64,000 nt of DNA, taken from assembly GCA_014896305.1 (NCBI GenBank), contig JADBKQ010000009.1, positions 26,413 through 90,412 on the forward strand, read 5' to 3'. The position numbers and the translations under genes were made by a program. Below the pieces are notes generated by a model that had not been told where the DNA came from, ran no database searches, and worked only from the letters and a program-made list of their open reading frames with translations. How positions within the stretch are numbered: the stretch's first letter is position 1; every line of letters begins with the position of its first letter. Shown here one piece after another: positions 47,519 to 56,223 of the stretch. This DNA is from Limnochordaceae bacterium (GTDB lineage: Bacteria > Bacillota > Limnochordia > Limnochordales > DUMU01).

Positions 47519-48487
47519 TTAAATCCTGTTGTTGTTGGAATCGGTGAGCGGATCTGACGAGGGCGACCTGACCTGCGGGGTCATTCGCTGACGCCGGGCC
47601 TGTTCCTCTTGTACCTGGGCTTGCGCCACCACCTGCGACGCCAGTTGCTGCCACTCGGCCAGGCTCAGGCCTGCGCCGGCTGGTGCACAAGAGCCGCCTG
47701 CTTGCGCCTTGCTGCCCTGGACAGTTCCCCCGGGCGGCAAGCCGTTACGGACCAGCCAGGCCAAAAACTCGATATTGCCTTCCGGGCCGCGGATTGGCGA
47801 CGGAATCAGTCCTCGCAGCTGGTACCCATCTTCCTGCGCTTTGCGTCCCAGCCGCGTGAGCACCTCCAAGTGAACCTGGGGGTCCCGGACCACTCCGTGC
47901 TTGCCCACCTTGCTCGGGCCTGCTTCAAACTGCGGCTTGATCAAAGCGACAACCGGAGCCCCTGGTGGTAGGAAGGCAAAGAGAACCGGCAACACCAGCT
48001 CCAGCGAAATGAAGCTGACGTCGACCACCGCCAGCTCCGGTCGCTCTGTGCCGAACCGCTCCGGTGTGACATAGCGAATGTTGGTCCGCTCCCAGAGCTC
48101 AACCCGGGGATCTCGCCGCAGTTTCCAGGCGAACTGCCCATAGCCCACGTCGACGGCGTAGACCTTTTTTGCGCCGCGCTGCAGCAGGCAGTCGGTGAAC
48201 CCGCCGGTAGACGCCCCTACATCCAGGGCCACCCGGCCGGCCGGGTCGACGGGAAATGCTTGTAACGCAGCCTCCAGCTTGATCCCGCCCCGGCTGACAA
48301 AAGGGTTGCGCTCCCCCACCACCTCGAGTTGGGCGTCGACTGCCACTGCCTGCCCGGGCTTGTCGACCGGCTGGCCGTTCACCCGCACCTGGCCGGCCAT
48401 GATCAGGCGGCGGGCTTGTTCCCGGCTTGGCGCCAGGCCTGCTTCCACCAAAGCTATATCCAGCCGCTGCCGGGTTGGACGTGTCAT
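47519..48487 (-). CDS. tlyA: TlyA-family 16S/23S rRNA (cytidine-2'-O)-methyltransferase with a C-terminal tail of about 55 aa
   Basis: S4 domain (RLDIALVEAGLAPSREQARRLIMAG) and FtsJ-like SAM fold (LDVGASTGGFTDCLLQRGA). Confidence 0.9.
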   Translation of the reverse strand: MTRPTRQRLDIALVEAGLAPSREQARRLIMAGQVRVNGQPVDKPGQAVAVDAQLEVVGERNPFVSRGGIKLEAALQAFPVDPAGRVALDVGASTGGFTDCLLQRGAKKVYAVDVGYGQFAWKLRRDPRVELWERTNIRYVTPERFGTERPELAVVDVSFISLELVLPVLFAFLPPGAPVVALIKPQFEAGPSKVGKHGVVRDPQVHLEVLTRLGRKAQEDGYQLRGLIPSPIRGPEGNIEFLAWLVRNGLPPGGTVQGSKAQAGGSCAPAGAGLSLAEWQQLASQVVAQAQVQEEQARRQRMTPQVRSPSSDPLTDSNNNRI

Positions 48488-48490
48488 CGC

Positions 48491-50548
48491 TTACCCTACC
48501 TGCCCAGTATGCCGGGGAAGTGGGACCACCTTCCCGGCAGCCGTCTCCGGTGAACGGACCAGATCCAGACGGGGGTTGTGCGCTCCGCTTTCTCGACCAC
48601 GGCGCAACTGACCATCACGATCCTCCGGCGGTAACCCCGCCAGCAGCTGGTGTACTGCGGCGACAATCGAGTCGACGGTCAGCCCAACCTCCTCCCGCTG
48701 CTGCTCCTGCGTGGCGTGTTCAATGAAACGATCGGGAACTCCCAGGCAGCTCACCGGGCGACGCAGTCCTGCCAGCTGGAGCCACTCGATCACGGCACTG
48801 CCCAACCCGCCCGCCGTCACGCCTTCTTCGATGGTCACCAGCGCCGGTAGCGAGCAAGCCATCTCATGCAGCAGCTCCTCATCAAGAGGTTTGACGAAGC
48901 GCATGTTGACCACGGCGGCACGGATGCCAGCTGCAGCCAATCGTTCGGCAGCCTGCTCCGCCCTGGCCACCATTGGACCTAAGGCCAACAAAGCGACGTC
49001 CTGGCCATTACGACGGACCTGGGCGCGTCCCACGGGCAACGGTTCGGGCAACCTGTCAGGGGAGTACGCATCTTCGGGCCATGGTGCCGGCACCGCCCCC
49101 TTCGGATAGCGGATCGCCATCGGACCATCTAGCTTCAAGGCAGTCCGTAACAGTCCCTGCAGTTCCCGCCCGTCCGCCGGGGCTGCTACCACCATGTTGG
49201 GAATGATTCGCAGGTAAGCGAGGTCGAAGACTCCCTGGTGGGTGGCTCCATCTTCCCCGACCAATCCCGCGCGGTCCAAACAAAACAGTACAGGCAGCTT
49301 TTGCAGAGCAACATCATGGATGATCTGGTCGTAGGCCCGCTGCAAGAAGGTGGAGTAGATGGCCGCCACCGGGCGCATGCCGGCCGTGGCCAGACCGGCC
49401 GCAAAGGTGACCGCGTGGGCTTCGGCAATTCCCACATCAAAAAAGCGCCGTGGGTAAACCCGGGCAAAACGGTCCAGGCCGGTGCCTTCCGGCATGGCGG
49501 CGGTGATGGCTACCACTCGCGGATCGCCGGCCGCCAACCGAATCAGGGTCTCGGCAAATACCTCCGAGTAGGTAGGAAGAGGGAGGGCGACCCGGGCAGG
49601 CGATGGTGAAGGGGTAGCCGGCACCAGAGGTCGGCCGTTGGCGGGATCGAAGGCCGAGGTGCCGTGAAAGTGCGCCGGGTCCTCTTCAGCGGGGAGGTAA
49701 CCCTTCCCCTTTTTCGTTACGACATGGACCAGCACCGGCCCCGGCTGACGGATGACCTCACGTAGCACCTCTTGCAACTGACCGAGGTTGTGCCCGTCCA
49801 GGGGGCCAAAGTAGGTGAAACCCATCTCTTCGAAAAGCCCGCCTGGAAGAAGTAGATGCTTTACGGATCCTTTGACACGCTCGGCCAAAGCGTACGCCCG
49901 CACGCCCCCCGGAACGTGGCGAGCTACGGCCAGCAGGTCGCCTTTAGCCCTGGTGTAGTGGCGGGCCAAGCGCAACCGGTTGAGGTAATGAGAGATAGCT
50001 CCGACGTTGGGCGAGATGGACATCTTGTTGTCGTTGAGCACGATCACCAGCCGCGTCCGCAGGTGGCCGGCGTGGTTGAGCGCCTCGTACGCCATCCCGC
50101 CGGTGAGTGCCCCATCACCGACAACGGCAACGACGTTGTAGTCCTCTCCCTGCAAGTCCCGGGCGACCGCCATGCCTACCGCCGCCGAAATCGCTGTGCT
50201 GGCGTGCCCTGTACCAAAACAATCATACGGGCTTTCGCAACGACGAGGGTAGCCGCTGATACCGTGACGTTGCCGCAAGCTGTCAAACCGGTCGCGCCGA
50301 CCGGTCAATAGCTTGTGGGCGTATGCCTGATGGCCCACGTCCCAGATCAGACGATCCCTGGGCAAGTCCAGCACCGAGTGGAGGGCCAGCGTCAACTCGA
50401 CTACGCCCAAATTCGGGGCCAAATGCCCTCCCCTGCGGGAGACCGTATCGATGATCGTTTGCCGCAATTCCGTCGCCAGTTGCTCTAGCTGCTGCATCGA
50501 TAAGGCACGCAGATCCTGGGGTCTGTCAATTCGATCCAATAGTCGCAC
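48491..50548 (-). CDS. dxs: 1-deoxy-D-xylulose-5-phosphate synthase with a C-terminal tail of about 50 aa
   Basis: GGHLAPNLGVVELT, GHASTAISAA, GDGALTGGMAYEALN and HQG motifs. GTG at 50548 follows GGGGGG (longest ORF reaches 50578). Confidence 0.95.
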   Translation of the reverse strand: MRLLDRIDRPQDLRALSMQQLEQLATELRQTIIDTVSRRGGHLAPNLGVVELTLALHSVLDLPRDRLIWDVGHQAYAHKLLTGRRDRFDSLRQRHGISGYPRRCESPYDCFGTGHASTAISAAVGMAVARDLQGEDYNVVAVVGDGALTGGMAYEALNHAGHLRTRLVIVLNDNKMSISPNVGAISHYLNRLRLARHYTRAKGDLLAVARHVPGGVRAYALAERVKGSVKHLLLPGGLFEEMGFTYFGPLDGHNLGQLQEVLREVIRQPGPVLVHVVTKKGKGYLPAEEDPAHFHGTSAFDPANGRPLVPATPSPSPARVALPLPTYSEVFAETLIRLAAGDPRVVAITAAMPEGTGLDRFARVYPRRFFDVGIAEAHAVTFAAGLATAGMRPVAAIYSTFLQRAYDQIIHDVALQKLPVLFCLDRAGLVGEDGATHQGVFDLAYLRIIPNMVVAAPADGRELQGLLRTALKLDGPMAIRYPKGAVPAPWPEDAYSPDRLPEPLPVGRAQVRRNGQDVALLALGPMVARAEQAAERLAAAGIRAAVVNMRFVKPLDEELLHEMACSLPALVTIEEGVTAGGLGSAVIEWLQLAGLRRPVSCLGVPDRFIEHATQEQQREEVGLTVDSIVAAVHQLLAGLPPEDRDGQLRRGRESGAHNPRLDLVRSPETAAGKVVPLPRHTGQVG

Positions 50549-50584
50549 CTGCACATCCCCCCTGGGTTTCCACTCCAATACAGG

Positions 50585-51163
50585 TCAGCGCCGGGACTCT
50601 TTGCGCCGTGCCGCCGGCGCGGGCAAAAGGGGACGACCCATCAGTCGCTCGGAAAATGCCAGCACCCGCCCGGCAACCAGGACGATCTCTTGCGCGTGGC
50701 CGAGGGCAAATCCTTTGAAAAACGACTTCCCGCCCACACTCAACCCGGCGGTCATCGCCACCACCACGGTGGCCAGCAATTCCTCGTTGGTGACGACGCC
50801 CCGCCGCACCAGCTGAAAGACCAGCCCCGCCCCCATGGCTCCAGCCAGCGTCCCCAAAATATCACCGATCATGTCGTTCGTCACGGTAGTGACCAGGTCC
50901 GCCTGGCGCAACAGGCGAATCGCTTGCGCCGCTCCTGCCACCCGGTCAGAAGCGAGGGCATGGAATGGCCGCTCGTGAGCTGCCGCCGTAGCTACTCCCA
51001 GCACGTCGAAGAGGATTCCTGCAGCTACCAGCAATAGCAAAAAGGTGATGGCCAACCATAGCGTGAGCTGGGACGCCACCTTCTGTGAGACTAGCCCCAG
51101 ACCGATCGAAATCCCAAACGACAGACCCCCGATGACTAGACTTCTCCACCAGGCTGCCTTCAT
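50585..51163 (-). CDS. oapA: Four-TM membrane protein in the OapA (OLE-associated protein A) position
   Basis: 192 aa with four hydrophobic segments. It lies between the long non-coding unit downstream of ispA and dxs, the known oapA context. SD is GGGAGAAGA. Homology could not be verified here. Confidence 0.6.
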   Translation of the reverse strand: MKAAWWRSLVIGGLSFGISIGLGLVSQKVASQLTLWLAITFLLLLVAAGILFDVLGVATAAAHERPFHALASDRVAGAAQAIRLLRQADLVTTVTNDMIGDILGTLAGAMGAGLVFQLVRRGVVTNEELLATVVVAMTAGLSVGGKSFFKGFALGHAQEIVLVAGRVLAFSERLMGRPLLPAPAARRKESRR

Positions 51164-51252
51164 TCTTCTCCCTGCCCACCTCCATCCGGAGTGATGGTGT
51201 AACGTCCGTGTCGAGCCTCCAAATGACCTTTATCTCTCGTTTCTTCAGCTGC

Positions 51253-51282
51253 AAAAAAAGACGCTCGTGAAACACGAGCGTC
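51253..51282 (-). terminator. Rho-independent terminator at the 3' end of the large non-coding unit
   Basis: Minus strand reads GACGCTCGTG-TTT-CACGAGCGTC followed by TTTTTTT. Confidence 0.7.
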
Positions 51283-51902
51283 CGCGGCTGACAGGAGACC
51301 GGGTAAACATTGTGGCTTAGGTCCAGCAGGTTTTCCCAGCAGCCTTCCGTACCGTCGCCGGCCCGGCGGTTTCCCCTTTCCGGCCACTATGCCGTGTTGC
51401 CATCGACATGGCTGGATTACCACTCAGTCCACACCGCAATCCCCGGATCCCTCTATGCCAGAACAGCCTAGGAGTTTTCCTCAACAGCGCCACTTCGTCT
51501 AGTCTCTTTTGCAGCTCAGCTTTCCAAGGGCAGCAGCCTTGACCAGAACGAACAGGCTGGATACCCCTTTTCCCGCTGAACCACGCAAGACCGGCTACGC
51601 TGCACCCACCTGGCCCCTCTACCGCCGTCCCGGCTTGCGCCGCTGGCAGGGTGTCCAACCGAATGCAGGTTCTCCCCCACGCCGTCACCGTTCACCCGGC
51701 CACAGCCGTGGGCCTCCGCGAAGAGAGGGTCCACGCCCGCATGCCATTGCGGGTCGCCCTGCTCTTCTTAACCCCCAGCAGCAGCCCGAGACTGGGCGTC
51801 TCCAGCCACCGCCAGGGACTTCATCGCTGTGCCTACAACGGATTTTTAGGCCCGTCTTCGACGAGGTGTTGCTGACTAGGATACTGCGTCAGCCGTCAGC
51901 GC
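51253..51902 (-). ncRNA. Candidate OLE (ornate, large, extremophilic) RNA, about 650 nt
   Basis: The 755-nt ispA-to-next-CDS gap has no credible ORF. It is bounded by an extended -10 promoter and a strong terminator. The synteny ispA / RNA / 4-TM protein / dxs matches published OLE loci. The consensus was not checked. Confidence 0.6.
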
Positions 51903-51908
51903 CAGAAT

Positions 51909-51938
51909 ATTATAGCATTACTTGCGCCTTGCCAGCAA
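51909..51938 (-). promoter_or_regulatory. Candidate extended -10 sigma-A promoter for the large ncRNA
   Basis: Minus strand reads TTGCTG, 18 nt, TATAAT, with TGc immediately 5' of the -10 (TGcTATAAT). It starts right after the ispA TAA stop. Confidence 0.5.
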
Positions 51939-52895
51939 ACCTTGAGCCAACTCCACCAGGGGCTGCGCCCGCTTTCCCAGCGGCTGAACCGCCTCCTGCG
52001 CCCGCGCCAGGGCGCGCGCCGCGGCCTGCTGGGCCGCCTCCAGGCCGTAGATGGATACGTAGGTGACCTTGCCCCGGGCCCGGTCCCGCCCCACGCCTTT
52101 GCCCGTTTGCTCCGGTCTGCCCACCTCGTCGAGGAGATCATCGGTGATTTGAAAGGCAAGTCCCAGTTCCGCCCCGTAGACGGTCAGGCGGACCATGGTT
52201 TCGTCCTCATCCGCCTTGCGTCGCTGTTCCGGCGGCAAACCTGCCAGTGCCCCCATCCGCACGCTGGCTCGAATCAACGCGCCGGTCTTGTGACGGTGAA
52301 CGTACTCCAACGCTCCCGCCCGTTCGTCTGCAGGCAGCGTCGCCCCTTCCTGCTCCAACAGCCAATCCATTGCCTGCCCGCCCACCAGAGCCGACGGCCC
52401 TGCCGCCTGGCTCAGCTCCCGCACCCAGGCCCACTGCAACTCCACCTCCGCCCTCGGGTCGGCGGCCCCTGACGACGAACGGTCTGCCGACGGATTGACT
52501 TCCCTCAGGGGCATGGTCAAAACTTCAAACGCTCGGGCCAGCAACCCGTCCCCCGCCAGCAAAGCCATGGCCGGACCAAACACCTTGTGGTTCGTGGGTT
52601 TCCCACGCCGCCAGTCGTCATCGTCCATGAGCGGTAGATCATCGTGGATGAGTGAGTAGGCATGGACCAGCTCTACGGCCACCGCGGCAGGCAGCGCCTG
52701 CGCCTGGTCTCCTGTCTCCGTGCCCCTGATGATGGCACAAGACGCCAATACCAGGCTACCCCGCAAGCGCTTCCCTCCGCCCACCGCCGTGTACCGCATC
52801 GCCTGCCAGAGACGGGGCGGGTACGCATCCACCGGCACGAGGCGGTCCACCGCCTCTTCTACCTGTTGCTGCCAAACCGTCCAGCACTCGTTCAT
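51918..52895 (-). CDS. ispA: Farnesyl/geranyl diphosphate synthase (polyprenyl synthetase)
   Basis: FARM LIHDDLPLMDDDDWRRGKPT and SARM FQITDDLLD. The start overlaps the xseB stop (ATGA). Confidence 0.9.
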   Translation of the reverse strand: MNECWTVWQQQVEEAVDRLVPVDAYPPRLWQAMRYTAVGGGKRLRGSLVLASCAIIRGTETGDQAQALPAAVAVELVHAYSLIHDDLPLMDDDDWRRGKPTNHKVFGPAMALLAGDGLLARAFEVLTMPLREVNPSADRSSSGAADPRAEVELQWAWVRELSQAAGPSALVGGQAMDWLLEQEGATLPADERAGALEYVHRHKTGALIRASVRMGALAGLPPEQRRKADEDETMVRLTVYGAELGLAFQITDDLLDEVGRPEQTGKGVGRDRARGKVTYVSIYGLEAAQQAAARALARAQEAVQPLGKRAQPLVELAQGLLARRK

Positions 52896-53182
52896 GATGG
52901 AGCATTCCCCCCCGCACTGGCCGGATCGAAGGGAACGGCCGTCACCGTTCCGTCCTCCTGGGTCAGTAGCTGTTGCACCTGCTGCGAGGCCGCATCCAGC
53001 TGCCGCTGGCAGATCCGCACCAGCTCCACCCCCCGCGCGAACAGCCGGAGCGACTCCTGGAGGCTAGCCTGGCCACTTTCCAGCTGGCCTACGACCTGTT
53101 CCAGTTCGGCCATGGCCTGCTCGAAGGTGGGTTCCGGCTTTTCCTGCTTCTCCTGCTCTTCCTGCTTTTTTGCTCTGCTCAC
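52892..53182 (-). CDS. xseB: Exodeoxyribonuclease VII small subunit
   Basis: FEQAMAELEQVVGQLESGQASLQESLRLFARGVEL is typical XseB. GTG at 53182 follows GGAGGGG directly after the xseA TAG. The 228-aa ORF in the track runs over xseA. Confidence 0.85.
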   Translation of the reverse strand: MSRAKKQEEQEKQEKPEPTFEQAMAELEQVVGQLESGQASLQESLRLFARGVELVRICQRQLDAASQQVQQLLTQEDGTVTAVPFDPASAGGNAPS

Positions 53183-53184
53183 CG

Positions 53185-54510
53185 CTACCCCTCCGTTTCC
53201 TCCCGTTCCCTGCGCGCCAGCCACGCCCGCGCCGCCGCAACCTCCGGGTCTACCTCGGACTCTCTCCGGTGAACCGCCCGCACTTCGCAGTGTAGCTGCC
53301 CATCTTCCACCTGAACCCGTACCGCCTCGCCCACCCGGGCTTGTCCCACTTGCCGTAAGACCTGCCCGTCCTCGCCCAGACAAAGGGCGTACCCGCGCCG
53401 CAGCACCGCCAGGGGGTTGAGACTGTCGAGCTGGGCAACACGTTCTTGCAGGGTTTGGCGAAGCATCTCCAGTTGTTGCAACCACCGGGTCTGGGCGGGT
53501 ATCCACACACTGTCCAGACGCTGACGCCGCAGTTCCACCAGATCCTGTGGCCGCCGCCACCAGCTGTGGCGCAGCCAACCGTCCAGTTGCGCCTGGCGGC
53601 GCTGCACCCCGCTGACCAGCGTCGCACGCAGCCGGCGGCGCAACTGCTCAAGCCGGACCCGCAGTTCACGGGTGTCAGGAACAGCCAACTCTGCCCCGGC
53701 AGACGGGGTCGGTGCCCGCCGGTCCGCCACGAAGTCGGCGATGGTGTAGTCGGTCTCGTGCCCCACCGCAGAGATTATGGGCACAGGGTAGGTGGCAATA
53801 GCCCTCGCCAGCCCCTCGTCGTTGAAAGCGGCCAGGTCTTCCAGGGAACCACCGCCCCGACCAATGATCACGACGTCGGGCCGCCACGGCAACAGCCGCT
53901 GCAGGGCAGCAATTAAAGAGGCCGGTGCTTGCTCCCCCTGAACCAGTGCGGGGGAGAGAAAGATCTGCACGTGAGCAGCTCGCCGGCCAATCACCGTGCA
54001 GATGTCCCGTACCGCCGCCCCCGTCGGCGAGGTCACCACTCCGACCCGTCGCGGAAAGGCTGGCAGCGGCCGCTTCCGCTCCGCTGCGAACAGCCCCTCC
54101 GCCTCCAACTTGCGCTTGAGCGCTTCGAATCGAAGATAATACTCCCCCACTCCGGCGGGTAGAAGAACGTCGACGAGGAGTTCATACTCGCCCCCGGCAG
54201 CGTAAACCGCGAGTGAACCGAAGGCGAGCACCTGCTGGCCATTGCCCGGATTAAAGCTGACCCGGGCTGCCCGGCTGCGAAAGAGCACACAACGTAAAGC
54301 GGCGGTCTGATCTTTGAGGGTAAAGTAAAGGTGACCGGAGGTATGATGCTTGAAGTTGGAGATCTCGCCTTTGACCCATAGCCCCTGGAACGGTGGGTAC
54401 CCTTCGATTCGTTCTTTGATCTGCTGCGTGAGCTCTCCCACGGACCAGATGGGGGTACCCGGGTCAGGAGCCGTCGGCAGCTGCCAGAAGTGAGCCAAAC
54501 TCTCGGCCAC
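53185..54510 (-). CDS. xseA: Exodeoxyribonuclease VII large subunit
   Basis: OB-fold N-terminus (WVKGEISNFKHHTSGHLYFTLKD), catalytic core (GRGGGSLEDL, SAVGHETD), and C-terminal coiled coil. Confidence 0.95.
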   Translation of the reverse strand: MAESLAHFWQLPTAPDPGTPIWSVGELTQQIKERIEGYPPFQGLWVKGEISNFKHHTSGHLYFTLKDQTAALRCVLFRSRAARVSFNPGNGQQVLAFGSLAVYAAGGEYELLVDVLLPAGVGEYYLRFEALKRKLEAEGLFAAERKRPLPAFPRRVGVVTSPTGAAVRDICTVIGRRAAHVQIFLSPALVQGEQAPASLIAALQRLLPWRPDVVIIGRGGGSLEDLAAFNDEGLARAIATYPVPIISAVGHETDYTIADFVADRRAPTPSAGAELAVPDTRELRVRLEQLRRRLRATLVSGVQRRQAQLDGWLRHSWWRRPQDLVELRRQRLDSVWIPAQTRWLQQLEMLRQTLQERVAQLDSLNPLAVLRRGYALCLGEDGQVLRQVGQARVGEAVRVQVEDGQLHCEVRAVHRRESEVDPEVAAARAWLARREREETEG

Positions 54511-54613
54511 GGCGTCTCTCCTTTCTGCCCTGCCGCTCGCAGGCGATCTGCCAGCCGGTGGTGGCAGGTTACCCGATGTACGACGTACGGCGTCCTCTCT
54601 TCCCGCCGTTGCC

Positions 54614-55708
54614 TCAGGCCGGCTCCCCAGCCATCGCGCCCGTTCTGTGGTCTAAGAGCCAGGCAGCATAGGCGAGGCCAATCGCGTTGTCGCTGCTGCG
54701 CTCCGGACGAGCAAACTGGATATCGACCGGTGGCTGGGCGGACGCCGCCACCGCCGACAGTCGCCGGCGGACTCCTTGATTCGCTGCCACCCCGCCCGCC
54801 ACCCATATCGGCCAGCCGGGATAACGTTGCAGGCCGGCCTGGAGAAGCTGCCCCAGGCCGTCCTCCAGGCAGCGTTGCACCGCCCCGGCGATCTCCGCCG
54901 CCCGGTAGGATCCAGCCTGCACCCACCGCTCCACCTGGCTGGCGGGGCCGCTGAAGCTGATCCAACAACGCCCGTCTTCATCAGAGCCAGAGTCGGGCAG
55001 CTGCCCTGGGCGACCAGCCCCGTCGGCTTTCCCTGGCTTGGGCCGGCCAACCTTCAGGCTAAGTTTCTGGCCAGTCAGGGGGGATTCCGTCATAGAAGCG
55101 GCCAGCTCCTCCAGAGCAGGTCCGCCGGGAAAACCCAGCCCCAGTAGCTGTGCAACCCGGTCCACGAACTGGCCCGCCTTCAGATCTAGCGTACCACCGA
55201 TCACATCCATACGAAACAGAACTTGCCGCCAGAACTCGTCGGGTGGCCCCGTCACGGTTTGAGCCCGGATCAGCTCTGTCGTTCCACCGGAGATATGCAA
55301 AAACAGCAACTGAGGAGGGAGCTCAGGGCTTGGTCCTTTGTCGTATAGCGCTGCCAGCAGGTGCCCTTCCTGGTGAGTCAACTCGGTGAACGCAGCGCCC
55401 GTCGCCCTCGCCAACAGCCGGCCGGCACAGATAGCCGCCTGAAACACCGGCATATACGATCCTGGCTGAGGGCGGGGTCGACCACTGACAGCGATATGTT
55501 TCAAGCAGCCTGCACGGAATAGGGGGGCGATCGTCGGGTCATCCATCAGCTCAGGCAAGTGGCGGATGTGTTGAAAAAGTGCCTCCGACTGGCGCACCCC
55601 CACCGCGCCCGGCCGCGCCACCACCCGTCGCCGCGCTTCTCCCAACAGGTTGGCCTGCTCGTCCATGATCGCTACAGAGGCCGTGTAGGCGCTGGTATCC
55701 AAACCCAT
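54614..55708 (-). CDS. Kae1/TsaD-like (peptidase M22/glycoprotease, ASKHA fold) paralog
   Basis: GLDTSAYTASVAIMD (compare TsaD GIETSCDET), HQEGH metal motif, HISGGTTEL and VAGGVAAN. ATG at 55708. The upstream 188 codons of the track ORF overlap nusB in another frame. Confidence 0.7.
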   Translation of the reverse strand: MGLDTSAYTASVAIMDEQANLLGEARRRVVARPGAVGVRQSEALFQHIRHLPELMDDPTIAPLFRAGCLKHIAVSGRPRPQPGSYMPVFQAAICAGRLLARATGAAFTELTHQEGHLLAALYDKGPSPELPPQLLFLHISGGTTELIRAQTVTGPPDEFWRQVLFRMDVIGGTLDLKAGQFVDRVAQLLGLGFPGGPALEELAASMTESPLTGQKLSLKVGRPKPGKADGAGRPGQLPDSGSDEDGRCWISFSGPASQVERWVQAGSYRAAEIAGAVQRCLEDGLGQLLQAGLQRYPGWPIWVAGGVAANQGVRRRLSAVAASAQPPVDIQFARPERSSDNAIGLAYAAWLLDHRTGAMAGEPA

Positions 55709-55719
55709 GTACAGGGACG

Positions 55720-56205
55720 TCACGGTGTCGACTGACCGGGAGTCGGCGCCGGAGTGACCGGTCCTGCCGGGCGGGGGTGGTCCCGGACAAACGTCCCCAG
55801 AATGCCGTTGATGAACCGAGGAGAGTCCGTGTCTCCATACTCCTTGGCCAATTCTACGGCCTCGTCCACGGCAGCCGCCGCCGGTACATCCGGGCAGTAG
55901 AGCAACTCGAAAAGGGCGATCCGCAACAGATTCCGGTCTACCACGGCCATCCGGCTGACTACCCACCCCTGGGCATACTGGCCCAGGTAACGATCGAGCT
56001 CCTCCTGGTGCTCCAGAACTCCGTTGATCAGCTGGTGGACATACTCCAGCTCTTGATCCTGCGCGGAAATCTCCAGCGTTCGCAGAGTACGAGCCAACGC
56101 CACCTCCGGACGGGTGGCAACCAAGTCTACCTGATACAGAATCTGAAGCGTAAGCCGACGTGCCTCGTGACGGGTCAAGCTCAAGCTCGTCTTGCTCCTT
56201 TTCAT
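55720..56205 (-). CDS. nusB: Transcription antitermination factor NusB
   Basis: RHEARRLTLQILYQ, DRNLLRIALFELLY, AVDEAVELAKEYG and FINGILG. Confidence 0.95.
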   Translation of the reverse strand: MKRSKTSLSLTRHEARRLTLQILYQVDLVATRPEVALARTLRTLEISAQDQELEYVHQLINGVLEHQEELDRYLGQYAQGWVVSRMAVVDRNLLRIALFELLYCPDVPAAAAVDEAVELAKEYGDTDSPRFINGILGTFVRDHPRPAGPVTPAPTPGQSTP

Positions 56206-56223
56206 GGGCCGCTTCCCGGGAAA

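Noticed and set aside
47400-47690. 97-codon N-terminal extension of the nadK ORF.
   Set aside because: Its upstream part (47519-47690) overlaps the tlyA C-terminus and it is Arg/Gly-rich. A GTG with a perfect AGGAGG SD at 47399 gives a normal-length NAD kinase.
51466-51482. GAGGAAAACTCCTAGGC on the minus strand, reminiscent of the RNase P RNA GAGGAAAGTCCGGGC box, which raised the idea that the gap encodes rnpB.
   Set aside because: It is only a partial match. Other universally conserved RNase P segments were not found, the predicted RNA is too long (about 650 nt), and the ispA/dxs context fits OLE instead.
51160-51734. ORFs of 72-123 aa inside the ispA-oapA gap (51160-51423, 51317-51688, 51516-51734), plus the plus-strand ORF 51509-52066.
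   Set aside because: They have no SD and mutually overlapping frames. Their composition (Arg/Gly/Cys/Trp) is unlike the proteins in the window. The region is better explained as a promoter-to-terminator ncRNA.
53183-53578. Upstream 132 codons of the 228-aa ORF containing xseB.
   Set aside because: They overlap the 3' part of xseA in another frame. The XseB homology begins only after the GTG at 53182, which has its own GGAGGGG SD.
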